A DNA stretch of 50,021 nt from a virus. Taxonomy: Duplodnaviria; Caudoviricetes. Positions within the stretch are counted from its first letter, which is position 1; the number at the start of each line of letters is the position of its first letter. Below the pieces are notes generated by a model. That model searched no databases. It saw only the letters and a list, made by a program, of their open reading frames with translations, and was not told the origin of the DNA. The stretch lies in IMG/VR virus record IMGVR_UViG_3300033153_006092, positions 1-50,021 of that record; one strand, 5' to 3'. The position numbers and the translations under genes were made by a program. Positions 29,327 through 38,075 of this stretch are shown here, one piece after another.

Positions 29327-29662
29327 TTATTGACAGTCCGCAGAATGTTTTTTGACATCCTGCGGAGTCATAGTACCTGACATAGATTCGCTAGGTTTAG
29401 TAGGTATAACATACACTCTATATTGAACCGTGTGGTTATACTCTTTCAATATGGCTATAGCTGCATATATCTCTACATACAACCCTTTCAATGTTGCCTT
29501 CTCACATTTAGACAACGTGGGTTTTCCTTTAGTTTTTTCTAACCTCCTTTCTATATCTTCTTGCATTAAAGACAACCAATTGCTAAAGTCAGCCACTTTT
29601 ACAAGCTGATGTTTAATCATTTCCTCTTTCGGGCAATCAATTCCTATGTCATGTCCGTCCAT
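29327..29662 (-). CDS. Hypothetical protein
   Basis: AAGGAG RBS. Confidence 0.55.
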   Translation of the reverse strand: MDGHDIGIDCPKEEMIKHQLVKVADFSNWLSLMQEDIERRLEKTKGKPTLSKCEKATLKGLYVEIYAAIAILKEYNHTVQYRVYVIPTKPSESMSGTMTPQDVKKHSADCQ

Positions 29663-29679
29663 GTTTGCTTCACTCCTTA

Positions 29680-30486
29680 CTAAAAGTTATCAGCCTCTTC
29701 GGCTTCCTTATCATCAAATTCGACTTCTTTCTCTAACGACAGGTTAAGAAATTCAGCACGAAGTGCCTTAGCATACATTACATCTTGACCCTGGTATAAA
29801 ACTATCTTTGCTAAAGGTGCTAACATTTCACTGGTCACCGGGTCACCAGCAGTAAATTTGCAAATACAGTAATCAAAATTACCAGTCTGTTCGATCAAAG
29901 AGAAGTTGGTGACCACCATAGAATAATGACCATTTACTAGACCAGCCCTATAGTTGCGCCAACTTTTTAGCGATGTAGCTGTAATGGCCATCACAGCGGC
30001 AGAATTCGTTTCCGGGCTATAAAGAAGGAAACGCTGTCCAAGCCTACATTGCTGGCCACGACCTCCTTTGATGTCGCTACCCCATTGGCCCCAAGGACAC
30101 TGTTTGCAGATGTTGCCATTCTGTATTATAGGGCCAACTATCTCTTTCACAGCAGCGGCGGCATCATTTTTTAATGCTTTAGTTAATTCACCAATACCTT
30201 CTTTAAACTCTACTCCCCTACTACCGCATACCGGAAGTGGATCAAAGTAATTCTTGACGGCTTTTTCTTTCTGAGCATTACTGCCGAAAGGCCATAAAGC
30301 CCTAAACTTTTCTATGCCAAGAATAATTGCGTCAAATTCGGTACCATTACCAAATCCGACTGACTGAAATATAGCCGCCTGGTGCTTTATCTTTATGGCC
30401 AGCAACCCGGTTTCGGGTTCTTCATCGGCAGCCTGGTTTAACATATCCTGAACACTTTGTATTTTTGCTGGCAAATTTTCACTCAT
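29680..30486 (-). CDS. Putative ssDNA-binding/annealing protein
   Basis: C...CKQCPWGQWGS...GRGQQC Zn motif, TSLKSW, acidic tail ending in F. Confidence 0.55.
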   Translation of the reverse strand: MSENLPAKIQSVQDMLNQAADEEPETGLLAIKIKHQAAIFQSVGFGNGTEFDAIILGIEKFRALWPFGSNAQKEKAVKNYFDPLPVCGSRGVEFKEGIGELTKALKNDAAAAVKEIVGPIIQNGNICKQCPWGQWGSDIKGGRGQQCRLGQRFLLYSPETNSAAVMAITATSLKSWRNYRAGLVNGHYSMVVTNFSLIEQTGNFDYCICKFTAGDPVTSEMLAPLAKIVLYQGQDVMYAKALRAEFLNLSLEKEVEFDDKEAEEADNF

Positions 30487-30958
30487 TATCTTTACCTCCA
30501 AATTCTAACCGCAACTTCTCCATTACGGTCATAGCTGTTGCCCCAAATTCATTGGTCTTGTCACCTTTGTATACTCTTAAAGACCGTACCATCGAAAAGC
30601 CAAGACCGGGTGGCAATACCGCCTCATTTCCATGAGCCTTAACTAAATTACGAACCACATCATCTCGTTCCTTTTTAACTATAACCTCCTTAAGAAACTT
30701 TTCAGCCAGATTGTTATCAAAAATCCATTGCTTAAATAAGGTTTCATCTTCTACTTTGGAATAGATGGTCTTTACCATGCTAATTCTCTGACTATTATCA
30801 GAACAGTTAGCGGTTTGAGTACCTTCGTTATCAAAGGTCTCGGTTATATTTATAGCAAGAGTTTTCAATTCTTTTTTAACCTCCTCTAACTCTCGCTCTA
30901 TCACCTTTTTACGGTTATAAACCAGTATGTATTCATCCGCCATCTGAGCATTTGTCAT
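30479..30958 (-). CDS. Conserved-type phage replication-region protein
   Basis: Coiled N-terminus and LPPGL motif; start re-estimated at MTNAQ. Confidence 0.55.
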   Translation of the reverse strand: MTNAQMADEYILVYNRKKVIERELEEVKKELKTLAINITETFDNEGTQTANCSDNSQRISMVKTIYSKVEDETLFKQWIFDNNLAEKFLKEVIVKKERDDVVRNLVKAHGNEAVLPPGLGFSMVRSLRVYKGDKTNEFGATAMTVMEKLRLEFGGKDNE

Positions 30959-32711
30959 AATTTGTAGGAAGAACCTTAAATTCCAAATTTTCATCTATAG
31001 ACTCCCTACATACTAACGGGATTATGGTACTATCTCCTTTCTGGTTAAACCCCGTTATTCTACTTTCTGCTTGGTCATTAGGTTCAAGATAATACATTCT
31101 ATCATAAAAGATAGCAAACTGCGCCGGATTCAAATCATTTCCGGCGGCTACTGACGGGTTCATCAACATTATTTTAGTATTATCTGTAAACCTAAACTTG
31201 TCAACCAATCGAGTTCTATCTTCTGGTTTTACGCTACCATGGACTGATACTATACCATGTTTTTCATATCTGGCGGCTAACATTGCTAACACAGCCTTAA
31301 ACCGACTATAGATAACAACCTTTTTAATGTTATCTAAATAGTCTAACAAAAATTGGTCTATCCATTTGGTTTTTGGGTTACTATCTAACCAATGAGCATA
31401 CCCATGCTGATCATAAAGGAAACCACCTGCCACTTGTGTTAGCTTCTGTAACTTTGGCAAAAAACCGTTTATTTTAATACTAGTCCAGCCATCAGTAGTC
31501 ATCAATTCCGCCCTTAGTAACTCTTGAATATCTTTATGTATCTTAACCTGCTGACTAGTCATATCCAACATCATTGGTGATAATTCTTTACCAAATGTTT
31601 GACCAACATCTTTTCTTAGTGCCCTGATACTAGCTCTGGCTATTCGACTATGTATTTCTTCTAAAGCGCCATGCCTGTAACCAGTCACAAATGAACCATG
31701 AGATCCACTAGATGTCCAGCAATAACTTCCGACAAAATCATCATAGTTTTTGCCGAGTAAATTAGGTACTATCATATTACATGGTCTTGCTACATCAATC
31801 GGCTTATTAGCAACAAAAGTACCAGTTAATCCAAAACAAAACTTGGGTGGATTAGTACCATATATCATAGAACTAATAGCCTGTGTCTGTTTACTAGGAT
31901 TTTTTACCCTTTGTACTTCATCAAGTATTAATCCATAGCTTTTGCCTTCAAGGGCTTTTCTAACATGCTCTATGTCAGCCCTTATACAACTATAGCCTGC
32001 AATCTTAAAGATCGTTGGACTGTTCCACAATTCTATCTTTTTGGCTTTATTGCCTTCTACCACCGTTGACAAAAGTTCAACTTGCCGATTTGTAAATTTA
32101 CTAAGTTCATGTAACCAATTAAATTTAATAGAATTCGGACAAGCCACAATAATAGTATCTACCCCATCTTCTTTATTCTCAAGTTGCTTTAGAAAACTAG
32201 CATAAGCATAAATGATAGTTGGTGGGGTTTTGCCTGTTCGCATTTCTCCGAGGTTAAATCCATACCCTAATACAATATAAAGGGCAAGGGCTTGTAGTTG
32301 ATGATTTTCTAACTTTGGTTCAAAATCATTTGGCTCTAAATCCCAATCCCTGATAACCGCATTGATTACAACCATATCCTGTTCTTTAATACATTTAATG
32401 GAATGTAGTTTATCCTTAGACTCCAACAACCATTGTCTAAGTTCAGGGTCATTCTCAATTTTTCGCATTATTGGTGCAACTAATTCCTTATTGTCAGATA
32501 AGAATAGTTTTGACACCAATAATGGAGACATTTGGTACGTAAAGTTACGGTATAACACATCGTCAACCTCTTTATATGGATTTCTATATTGGTATCGGTA
32601 AGTAAAACCTGCTTCTCGCATTTTGTAGTCTGGGTGCTGTTGGTATACAGCTACTACCAAATTGCTTTGTCGTGGGTTTACTTGTACCTTTGCTACCTTA
32701 ATGACTTCCAT
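30933..32711 (-). CDS. SNF2-like SF2 helicase
   Basis: EMRTGKT, ILDEVQ, LTGT, KVVIYSRF, QAESR. Confidence 0.85.
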   Translation of the reverse strand: MEVIKVAKVQVNPRQSNLVVAVYQQHPDYKMREAGFTYRYQYRNPYKEVDDVLYRNFTYQMSPLLVSKLFLSDNKELVAPIMRKIENDPELRQWLLESKDKLHSIKCIKEQDMVVINAVIRDWDLEPNDFEPKLENHQLQALALYIVLGYGFNLGEMRTGKTPPTIIYAYASFLKQLENKEDGVDTIIVACPNSIKFNWLHELSKFTNRQVELLSTVVEGNKAKKIELWNSPTIFKIAGYSCIRADIEHVRKALEGKSYGLILDEVQRVKNPSKQTQAISSMIYGTNPPKFCFGLTGTFVANKPIDVARPCNMIVPNLLGKNYDDFVGSYCWTSSGSHGSFVTGYRHGALEEIHSRIARASIRALRKDVGQTFGKELSPMMLDMTSQQVKIHKDIQELLRAELMTTDGWTSIKINGFLPKLQKLTQVAGGFLYDQHGYAHWLDSNPKTKWIDQFLLDYLDNIKKVVIYSRFKAVLAMLAARYEKHGIVSVHGSVKPEDRTRLVDKFRFTDNTKIMLMNPSVAAGNDLNPAQFAIFYDRMYYLEPNDQAESRITGFNQKGDSTIIPLVCRESIDENLEFKVLPTNYDKCSDGG

Positions 32712-32715
32712 AATT

Positions 32716-33174
32716 TTATCCTTTACTTTTGTGACAGGGCATGTTTGCTCTGCGTCTATCTTGCTCTGCGACTATCAATTTATACTGTGCAATCAATAAT
32801 TTGGTCTGTTCTTCAACCCATTCTTCAAAGTCTAAATGGGCATCATTAAAACCCTTCAACATCATACCACCCTCTTTTTCTGCCTCCTTTCTGTTCTTGT
32901 CGGTAAAAGATTGCGCTTTATCATATAAAACACCATTGCCATTTTCTAATGCAATGTGCCGTCCCTTCATATTCTGGAATTCTATTATTCTAGCACGGTG
33001 ATATGTAACCGAATCTTCATGCTTGCTAGTCACAACTTTAGATAATAATGATACCTCCAATGATATTTGGTCTAATTTAACTTCCATATTCTGTACCATT
33101 GCAAACAAGTTATCAAATGCTGTACCTAACTGGTTTAATTTATCATCTTCACCTAGCAAAATTGGTTTTTCCAT
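32716..33174 (-). CDS. Hypothetical coiled-coil protein
   Basis: Start re-estimated at MEKPIL from the RBS. Confidence 0.55.
   Translation of the reverse strand: MEKPILLGEDDKLNQLGTAFDNLFAMVQNMEVKLDQISLEVSLLSKVVTSKHEDSVTYHRARIIEFQNMKGRHIALENGNGVLYDKAQSFTDKNRKEAEKEGGMMLKGFNDAHLDFEEWVEEQTKLLIAQYKLIVAEQDRRRANMPCHKSKG
32733..32757 (-). repeat. Bulged-hairpin repeat, copy 1 (plus half copy at 32761-32772)
   Basis: GACAGGGCATGTTTGCTCTGCGTCT. Confidence 0.8.
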
Positions 33175-33185
33175 TATACTTCCCC

Positions 33186-33374
33186 CTAAATTTGTTTTAG
33201 TTGTTTCGCAACCCATCTGCCTAAATTAGCAGGCAATGGTTTCCCTTCGTTGAAACACTGTACCAATAAATATAGTTGCCGTCTCATGTAACGTATTTGC
33301 CTATTTCTATTGGCTAACTTTTGCGACAGAGCATGTTTGCTCTGCGTCTGTGACAGAATCTGTTTATCAGTCAT
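33186..33374 (-). CDS. Small basic hypothetical protein
   Basis: GGGAG RBS before MTDKQ. Confidence 0.45.
   Translation of the reverse strand: MTDKQILSQTQSKHALSQKLANRNRQIRYMRRQLYLLVQCFNEGKPLPANLGRWVAKQLKQI
33325..33349 (-). repeat. Bulged-hairpin repeat, copy 2
   Basis: GACAGAGCATGTTTGCTCTGCGTCT. Confidence 0.85.
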
Positions 33375-33594
33375 TGGTTTAACTCCCACCGCTGTTGATG
33401 GCGGTTGTAGCTGCCTACTACAACCGCCATTCGGCTATTCATTGCCTCTCTTGGTGTTTTTAATAGAATATGGCGATGGGTACGTCTATAGCTTAAAGAC
33501 TATAGAATGTTACTCGGCGATACCCGTCACACCATGACTAACTCCTTTCTCCTGCATACTTAACAGGTGTTATCGCTCGGAGGTACGAGCGGTT

Positions 33595-33819
33595 TCAACA
33601 ATCTATTTTTTCCCACTTATACTTTTCTTTGGCATCTTTCAAGAGGGCAGTTATATACGGTTTATCGGCACCTTTGACAAACTTTATTTCAATCGTACCC
33701 CACAGCTTAGAATCTTTGGTTGAGCCATACTGTAATTCTATGCTAATATCCTCATTGGCACTTATAGTCTTAACCGTTTTATGAGTATCAGACTTGATTT
33801 TCATGTAAAGCCTTGACAT
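33595..33819 (-). CDS. Hypothetical early protein
   Basis: GGAGGT RBS. Confidence 0.6.
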   Translation of the reverse strand: MSRLYMKIKSDTHKTVKTISANEDISIELQYGSTKDSKLWGTIEIKFVKGADKPYITALLKDAKEKYKWEKIDC

Positions 33820-34371
33820 TCAATTCACCTCCCCAAAATCTATACCATCTTCTTCTGTCCAGCCACAACCACATATCCGCTTATGTAATTGCACCATGAA
33901 TGGATAATACTTCCACTTAGCTTTATTATATTTCCGCCTGACTTCATCATACTCCCGCTCGGCTTTATTATACTTCTGCCTGCTTTCATCATACTTCTGC
34001 CTGCTTTCATCATATTTCTGCCTGCTTTCATTATACTCCCGCCGGGCTTCACTATAATTCCGCCCGGCTTTATAATACTTCTGACGGGCTTTATAATACT
34101 TCTGCCCAGCTTCATCATACTTCCGTCCAACTTCATCATACTTCCGCCCAACTTCATCATGCTTTCGCACAACTTCATCATGTTTCTGCCCGACTTCCAG
34201 CAACTCTTCTGGCAAAAGTTTTTCATCTATAAACCGAAATAATTCTAGTCTTATAGATATTTCATTCTCCGGTTTATTTTGTTTAATATATTCCACCCTT
34301 TCGTCATAATCCCAACACCATTCATATAATTCATCATGATGTACATGAAAGGCAAAACCGCTTTCCATCAC
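33820..34371 (-). CDS. Heptad-repeat coiled-coil protein (KYDE[A/S/V]xx repeats)
   Basis: FHVHHD N-terminal domain, about a dozen 7-aa repeats, C-terminal H..ICGC. Confidence 0.7.
   Translation of the reverse strand: MMESGFAFHVHHDELYEWCWDYDERVEYIKQNKPENEISIRLELFRFIDEKLLPEELLEVGQKHDEVVRKHDEVGRKYDEVGRKYDEAGQKYYKARQKYYKAGRNYSEARREYNESRQKYDESRQKYDESRQKYNKAEREYDEVRRKYNKAKWKYYPFMVQLHKRICGCGWTEEDGIDFGEVN
33915..34195. repeat. Degenerate 21-bp tandem array
   Basis: Repeating CTTCATCATACTTCTGCC-type units. Confidence 0.8.
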
Positions 34372-34793
34372 ACATACCTCCCTGATTTTATTTGGTCTAT
34401 TTTGTCAAGCAATAACCACTGTTGATGCTTAATAGCCAATTTATGGAAAACCTCAAATGCTTCTTTAGCTTCTCTAAAGGCTTCCCGTGCATCTTTACTG
34501 CATTTATTAAAGGCTTTAATATCTTTTTGCCAAATTGCCCTAGCCTGCATTTGGTCATTATTAGCAGACAGGTAAGCGGCATAACTTATTGCCATTTTAT
34601 TAGCAAGTTTAGCCTTTTGTTTAATAAGGTTATTATATACTTTATTTGCCTTTATGTAACACGCTGACGCATTGACTATTTCAACCGGTAACTCTGTCGG
34701 GTTAACCGGTTCATACTGGTCATTACTAGAATGACCATATATACTCTTGTGGTCAATATTCCAACGTAAGCATAGATGCTGATGTTCTGTCAT
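34368..34793 (-). CDS. Hypothetical helical early protein
   Basis: GGAGGT RBS; coupled ORF. Confidence 0.6.
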   Translation of the reverse strand: MTEHQHLCLRWNIDHKSIYGHSSNDQYEPVNPTELPVEIVNASACYIKANKVYNNLIKQKAKLANKMAISYAAYLSANNDQMQARAIWQKDIKAFNKCSKDAREAFREAKEAFEVFHKLAIKHQQWLLLDKIDQIKSGRYV

Positions 34794-34978
34794 TACTTAA
34801 CCTCCTTTAGTAACTTCCAGTCTACCCCTTCGTTACTCAGTTTATATTGGTGGATAAAGGATAAACAACGGGTTGGATCAATAAACGACAATTTAGGTAT
34901 CAGATAATTCTGTGACCCCTTAACATAGTCATCGCTTGCCAGACAATACAACTTGTGTTTACAGTTTTTGCAATCCAT
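34793..34978 (-). CDS. Small Cys-rich early protein
   Basis: MDCKNCKHKLYC; GGAGGT RBS. Confidence 0.55.
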   Translation of the reverse strand: MDCKNCKHKLYCLASDDYVKGSQNYLIPKLSFIDPTRCLSFIHQYKLSNEGVDWKLLKEVK

Positions 34979-35273
34979 TTATCATACCTCCGATGAATAT
35001 TGTTTGGTTGTGACGTGCCTCTTTTTTGCACCAATGCTCAAAATCAAGCGCCTCGATAAAGGTCACCGGTACCCATTTGTTGCGGAGATGCTGTTCCATA
35101 CCTACTGCATACATATAGCAAAATACTTCACAGAAATACTTTACAGGGCTATGGTACAACCCATTAGGCACGTCAAATTGTTGCAATACAGAGTAAGCCT
35201 CAAAGGCATTGGCTACTTCACAATACCAACGAGGACTCGTCTCTGTAACTTGAATATAAACCCTATAGTCCAC
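34959..35273 (-). CDS. Hypothetical early protein
   Basis: GGAGGT RBS, GTG start. Confidence 0.55.
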   Translation of the reverse strand: MDYRVYIQVTETSPRWYCEVANAFEAYSVLQQFDVPNGLYHSPVKYFCEVFCYMYAVGMEQHLRNKWVPVTFIEALDFEHWCKKEARHNQTIFIGGMINGLQKL

Positions 35274-35310
35274 TTAGTATACCTCCAAATAGCAGTTATT
35301 GAGCAGTTAT

Positions 35311-35335
35311 GACAGAGCATGTTTGCTCTGCGTCT
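35311..35335 (-). repeat. Bulged-hairpin repeat, copy 3
   Basis: Identical to copy 2; intergenic. Confidence 0.85.
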
Positions 35336-35474
35336 ATTACTTTTTTGTATGACCTAACAGATAATTTGGTTATAGTCTAATCTACCACCATTTTAGTTTA
35401 CCTCCCTTCTAAACTTCGTCCACCTAGTATTTCGTGGTTAAATATCTATTATCTAATTAATATCTATCTGTTAC

Positions 35475-35498
35475 GTCAGAGCATTCCTGCTCTGCGAC
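35475..35498 (-). repeat. Bulged-hairpin repeat, copy 4 (covariant)
   Basis: GTCAGAGCATTCCTGCTCTGCGAC. Confidence 0.75.
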
Positions 35499-35561
35499 AA
35501 AGTGTGCCGCTGTTTAATTACAGGTTGTCAATATAACCATTTTTTTATAATTGCTTAGCTG

Positions 35562-35610
35562 AAATAGAAATAGCGCAACGAGTATAAATAGTTTACAACT
35601 CGTTGCGCTA
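35562..35610 (-). terminator. Intrinsic terminator after the first early gene
   Basis: TAGCGCAACGAG...CTCGTTGCGCTA 12-bp stem followed by TTTCTATTT on the minus strand. Confidence 0.65.
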
Positions 35611-35681
35611 TAGAATAATCGCTCAAAACTGATAGTACTGTGTGCTAGACTCTACTTGCTTTCTGCGGCAGCAGAGCTATT

Positions 35682-36602
35682 TTACTCTGCTGCAGTTATC
35701 TTACTCTCCCTCTCCTTCGCTTCCTTCGCTATCCTGTATAGCTGTTCACTTTCAGGAAGTCCAGCCTCAATACGCTCAATATGCTGCTTCATATTAATTT
35801 TACCAGGAATTAAATTCCCAGCCGGATCTGTGTGACTTGCAATAGCTTTCTTCAACTTCTCATCCGCTATCGATAAAGCATACTCAGTGTTGTTGGCAAA
35901 ACCCGGAACCGATACCCGCTTTCCATTCCCATTCGTTCTTTTGACAGACCTTGCGCTTCCAAAACGAATGTCAAATTTCCAGTCCGGCGTTTCATCGTCT
36001 GGACTATGCTTTGTATAAATAGCATTAACAGATGCGCTTTTCTCTTTGCTGACAAGCTTAGTATCCACACCGTCAAGAAAATGCTCTGCTCTGGACTCTA
36101 GCATAATATCTTGTATGCTGGACTGTAATGCCGGATCATAATACTGACACTGACCGCTGATGACTTGACGATCATCCGCTGTGAGTATATGACTGTCCTT
36201 CCACTTTCTCTGAATAGCAGTTGAACAAGACTGCGCGATAAATGTCTCTGTAAAGCTGTAATAGTCTAGCAAAGTCTTTTCGTGTATTGTGTCCCCTATT
36301 AGTTTAACAGAGACATCTTTGCTAGTCCATTTAAGAGACTCAGTGTCCAGGGTAAAGGATAAAGCTAGCGACTCAACGCTGGATGGAAGTTTCAACAATT
36401 TAACTCCGCTCCTCCAGTTAACTGTGTTAGCTTTTATCCCAATTCTAAGCAGCGACCGCTTTTTCATACGTTCTGCCTCTGCTTTCGACTCTGCAATATC
36501 CTTTTTCTGAGCTTCTACTACTGCCTTCATTTCATCCGAAAGCTTAGACTCGTCAACCGAAGCAATAAGTAACTCTAACTCTTGTGCTGATAGTTTAGCC
36601 AT
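35682..36602 (-). CDS. First early gene, unknown function
   Basis: 306 aa, GGAG RBS, directly behind consensus promoters. Confidence 0.7.
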   Translation of the reverse strand: MAKLSAQELELLIASVDESKLSDEMKAVVEAQKKDIAESKAEAERMKKRSLLRIGIKANTVNWRSGVKLLKLPSSVESLALSFTLDTESLKWTSKDVSVKLIGDTIHEKTLLDYYSFTETFIAQSCSTAIQRKWKDSHILTADDRQVISGQCQYYDPALQSSIQDIMLESRAEHFLDGVDTKLVSKEKSASVNAIYTKHSPDDETPDWKFDIRFGSARSVKRTNGNGKRVSVPGFANNTEYALSIADEKLKKAIASHTDPAGNLIPGKINMKQHIERIEAGLPESEQLYRIAKEAKERESKITAAE

Positions 36603-36644
36603 TGTTGTATCTCCAAATAGTTTAGACTACCAGTCGTCTGCGAT

Positions 36645-36663
36645 TATTCAGTTGTCAAAGAAC
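36645..36663 (-). promoter_or_regulatory. boxA-like antitermination element
   Basis: Minus strand GTTCTTTGACAACTGAATA, just downstream of the promoter. Confidence 0.55.
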
Positions 36664-36682
36664 AATGTGTTCGATTATTTTT

Positions 36683-36711
36683 ATTATAGCACAGATAGAA
36701 AAATATGTCAA
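36683..36711 (-). promoter_or_regulatory. Leftward sigma70 promoter 1
   Basis: TTGACA-17 nt-TATAAT with extended TG. Confidence 0.9.
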
Positions 36712-36808
36712 GAGTAAAAAATATGTACGTAAGTGTCAGATTTCTGACACTGTGTTGCATAAATGATACACTCTGATTTTCACAAATGTTATAAGAAAAT
36801 TAAATATA

Positions 36809-36837
36809 ATTATATCCAAAATATTGCGGTTAGTCAA
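36809..36837 (-). promoter_or_regulatory. Leftward sigma70 promoter 2
   Basis: TTGACT-17 nt-TATAAT. Confidence 0.7.
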
Positions 36838-37455
36838 GATGTAACAAAGTGATATATTATTGATAATTACTTCCAAAAGTATAGCGAACTGTCAAAATAA
36901 AAGTCATATTTTTATATCTGAGATATGCCAATAATCTTGTCTGACTGTGCGACGATAGTTTAGGAATGGTTGATATTAGCTGGTTTGTTAATCAAAAATT
37001 AACAAATGTTAAAATATCGTCAAACTGAGACGAAAAATACATATCCAGGATGAAATAGACAAATACAAGAAAGATATAATTACCATATTTATATTTATCG
37101 AAAATCCATGCAATTTCCTTTATTTTTCAATATTTCACTTTAGCTTTTTTTCACAAATGTTAACGGCTCTTTACACAGATTTTAGAAACATATCTAAAAT
37201 ATCTTTACTGGGTACTAAATGCAGGTGATGTAGTATACTATCTTCTGCTTTATAGGTTGCGCTTTAATCTCCACCAATTTGCGGAACGATAGTTTAATCT
37301 CCACTAGTTTTTGGAATGATAGTTTAGGATAGTTTAATTTGCCGATTGCTAATAGTCAGGTTTAGTTTTGACAAAAAGCGTCGAGACGGTTGCTGCTACG
37401 CTAAAATAGGATAAACTAACCGTCATGCTTCATATAAAATTTTTTTTTATTTTTC

Positions 37456-37479
37456 GCTCGCCAAGATAGGCGAGCTTTT
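37456..37479 (+). terminator. Hairpin plus T-run upstream of the rightward promoter
   Basis: GCTCGCC-AAGATA-GGCGAGC-TTTT. Confidence 0.5.
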
Positions 37480-37558
37480 CACTATAGGTTATTGACATTC
37501 CGCATTATAACAACAAAAGTGTTATAGAGTCGCATTACGACTGACTTTACAATTTTCC

Positions 37559-37587
37559 TTGACATTTCACACATTTTATGTTATAAT
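37559..37587 (+). promoter_or_regulatory. Rightward sigma70 promoter for the packaging/structural arm
   Basis: TTGACA-17 nt-TATAAT with extended TG. Confidence 0.9.
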
Positions 37588-37670
37588 AATGATATAGCAT
37601 ATTTTACATTTACGACTACGACACAACTCCCTTTTAGGGGCAGGGCTAATAACTCTGCCCCGTATATATA

Positions 37671-38075
37671 ATGCCGAGAGAAAACAGATTAGAGGTTGAA
37701 AGTGAACAATCAAAGGCTGTCATACGAGAGCGGCAACTAGAAATAGTTAAGGCTCTTTATCCTGATGATTTAACTCCACAAGAAGTTGGTCAAGAGGCGC
37801 TCAAGCTATTGATGGCTGATTTCAAGGGTGCGCTTACTCCTCCTTTAGAGAATTCGGAGAAAGTTTTTTTAATAAGTTTAACAAAGAAATACACTGCAGA
37901 TGCGCCTAAGGCTATTACTGTAGAGACTAGGACTAGTCCAGAGGAGATGTTATATGAGGCTTTGGCTAATGAAGAACGGTTAGTTAATGAAGCTGTAGAA
38001 AAAGCTGAAGAATTTGGTGAAGCGGCAGATGAAAAGGCTAAGTTGGTAGAAGAATTTGAAAACAAAAAAGAATAA
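37671..38075 (+). CDS. terS: Putative terminase small subunit
   Basis: Helical 134 aa immediately upstream of and overlapping the large terminase; positional call. Confidence 0.5.
   Translation: MPRENRLEVESEQSKAVIRERQLEIVKALYPDDLTPQEVGQEALKLLMADFKGALTPPLENSEKVFLISLTKKYTADAPKAITVETRTSPEEMLYEALANEERLVNEAVEKAEEFGEAADEKAKLVEEFENKKE

Noticed and set aside
33840-34242. Overlapping ORFs 33840..34226 (-) and 33889..34242 (+)
   Set aside because: Shadow frames of the 21-bp tandem array; the 33820..34371 frame has the RBS and unique flanks.
32733-35498. Hairpin repeats as a CRISPR array
   Set aside because: Spacing is irregular (about 0.14-2 kb) and no cas genes are present.
21050-36602. Integrase/repressor lysogeny module and tRNA genes
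   Set aside because: None recognised by eye; absence not confirmed without HMM and tRNAscan searches.
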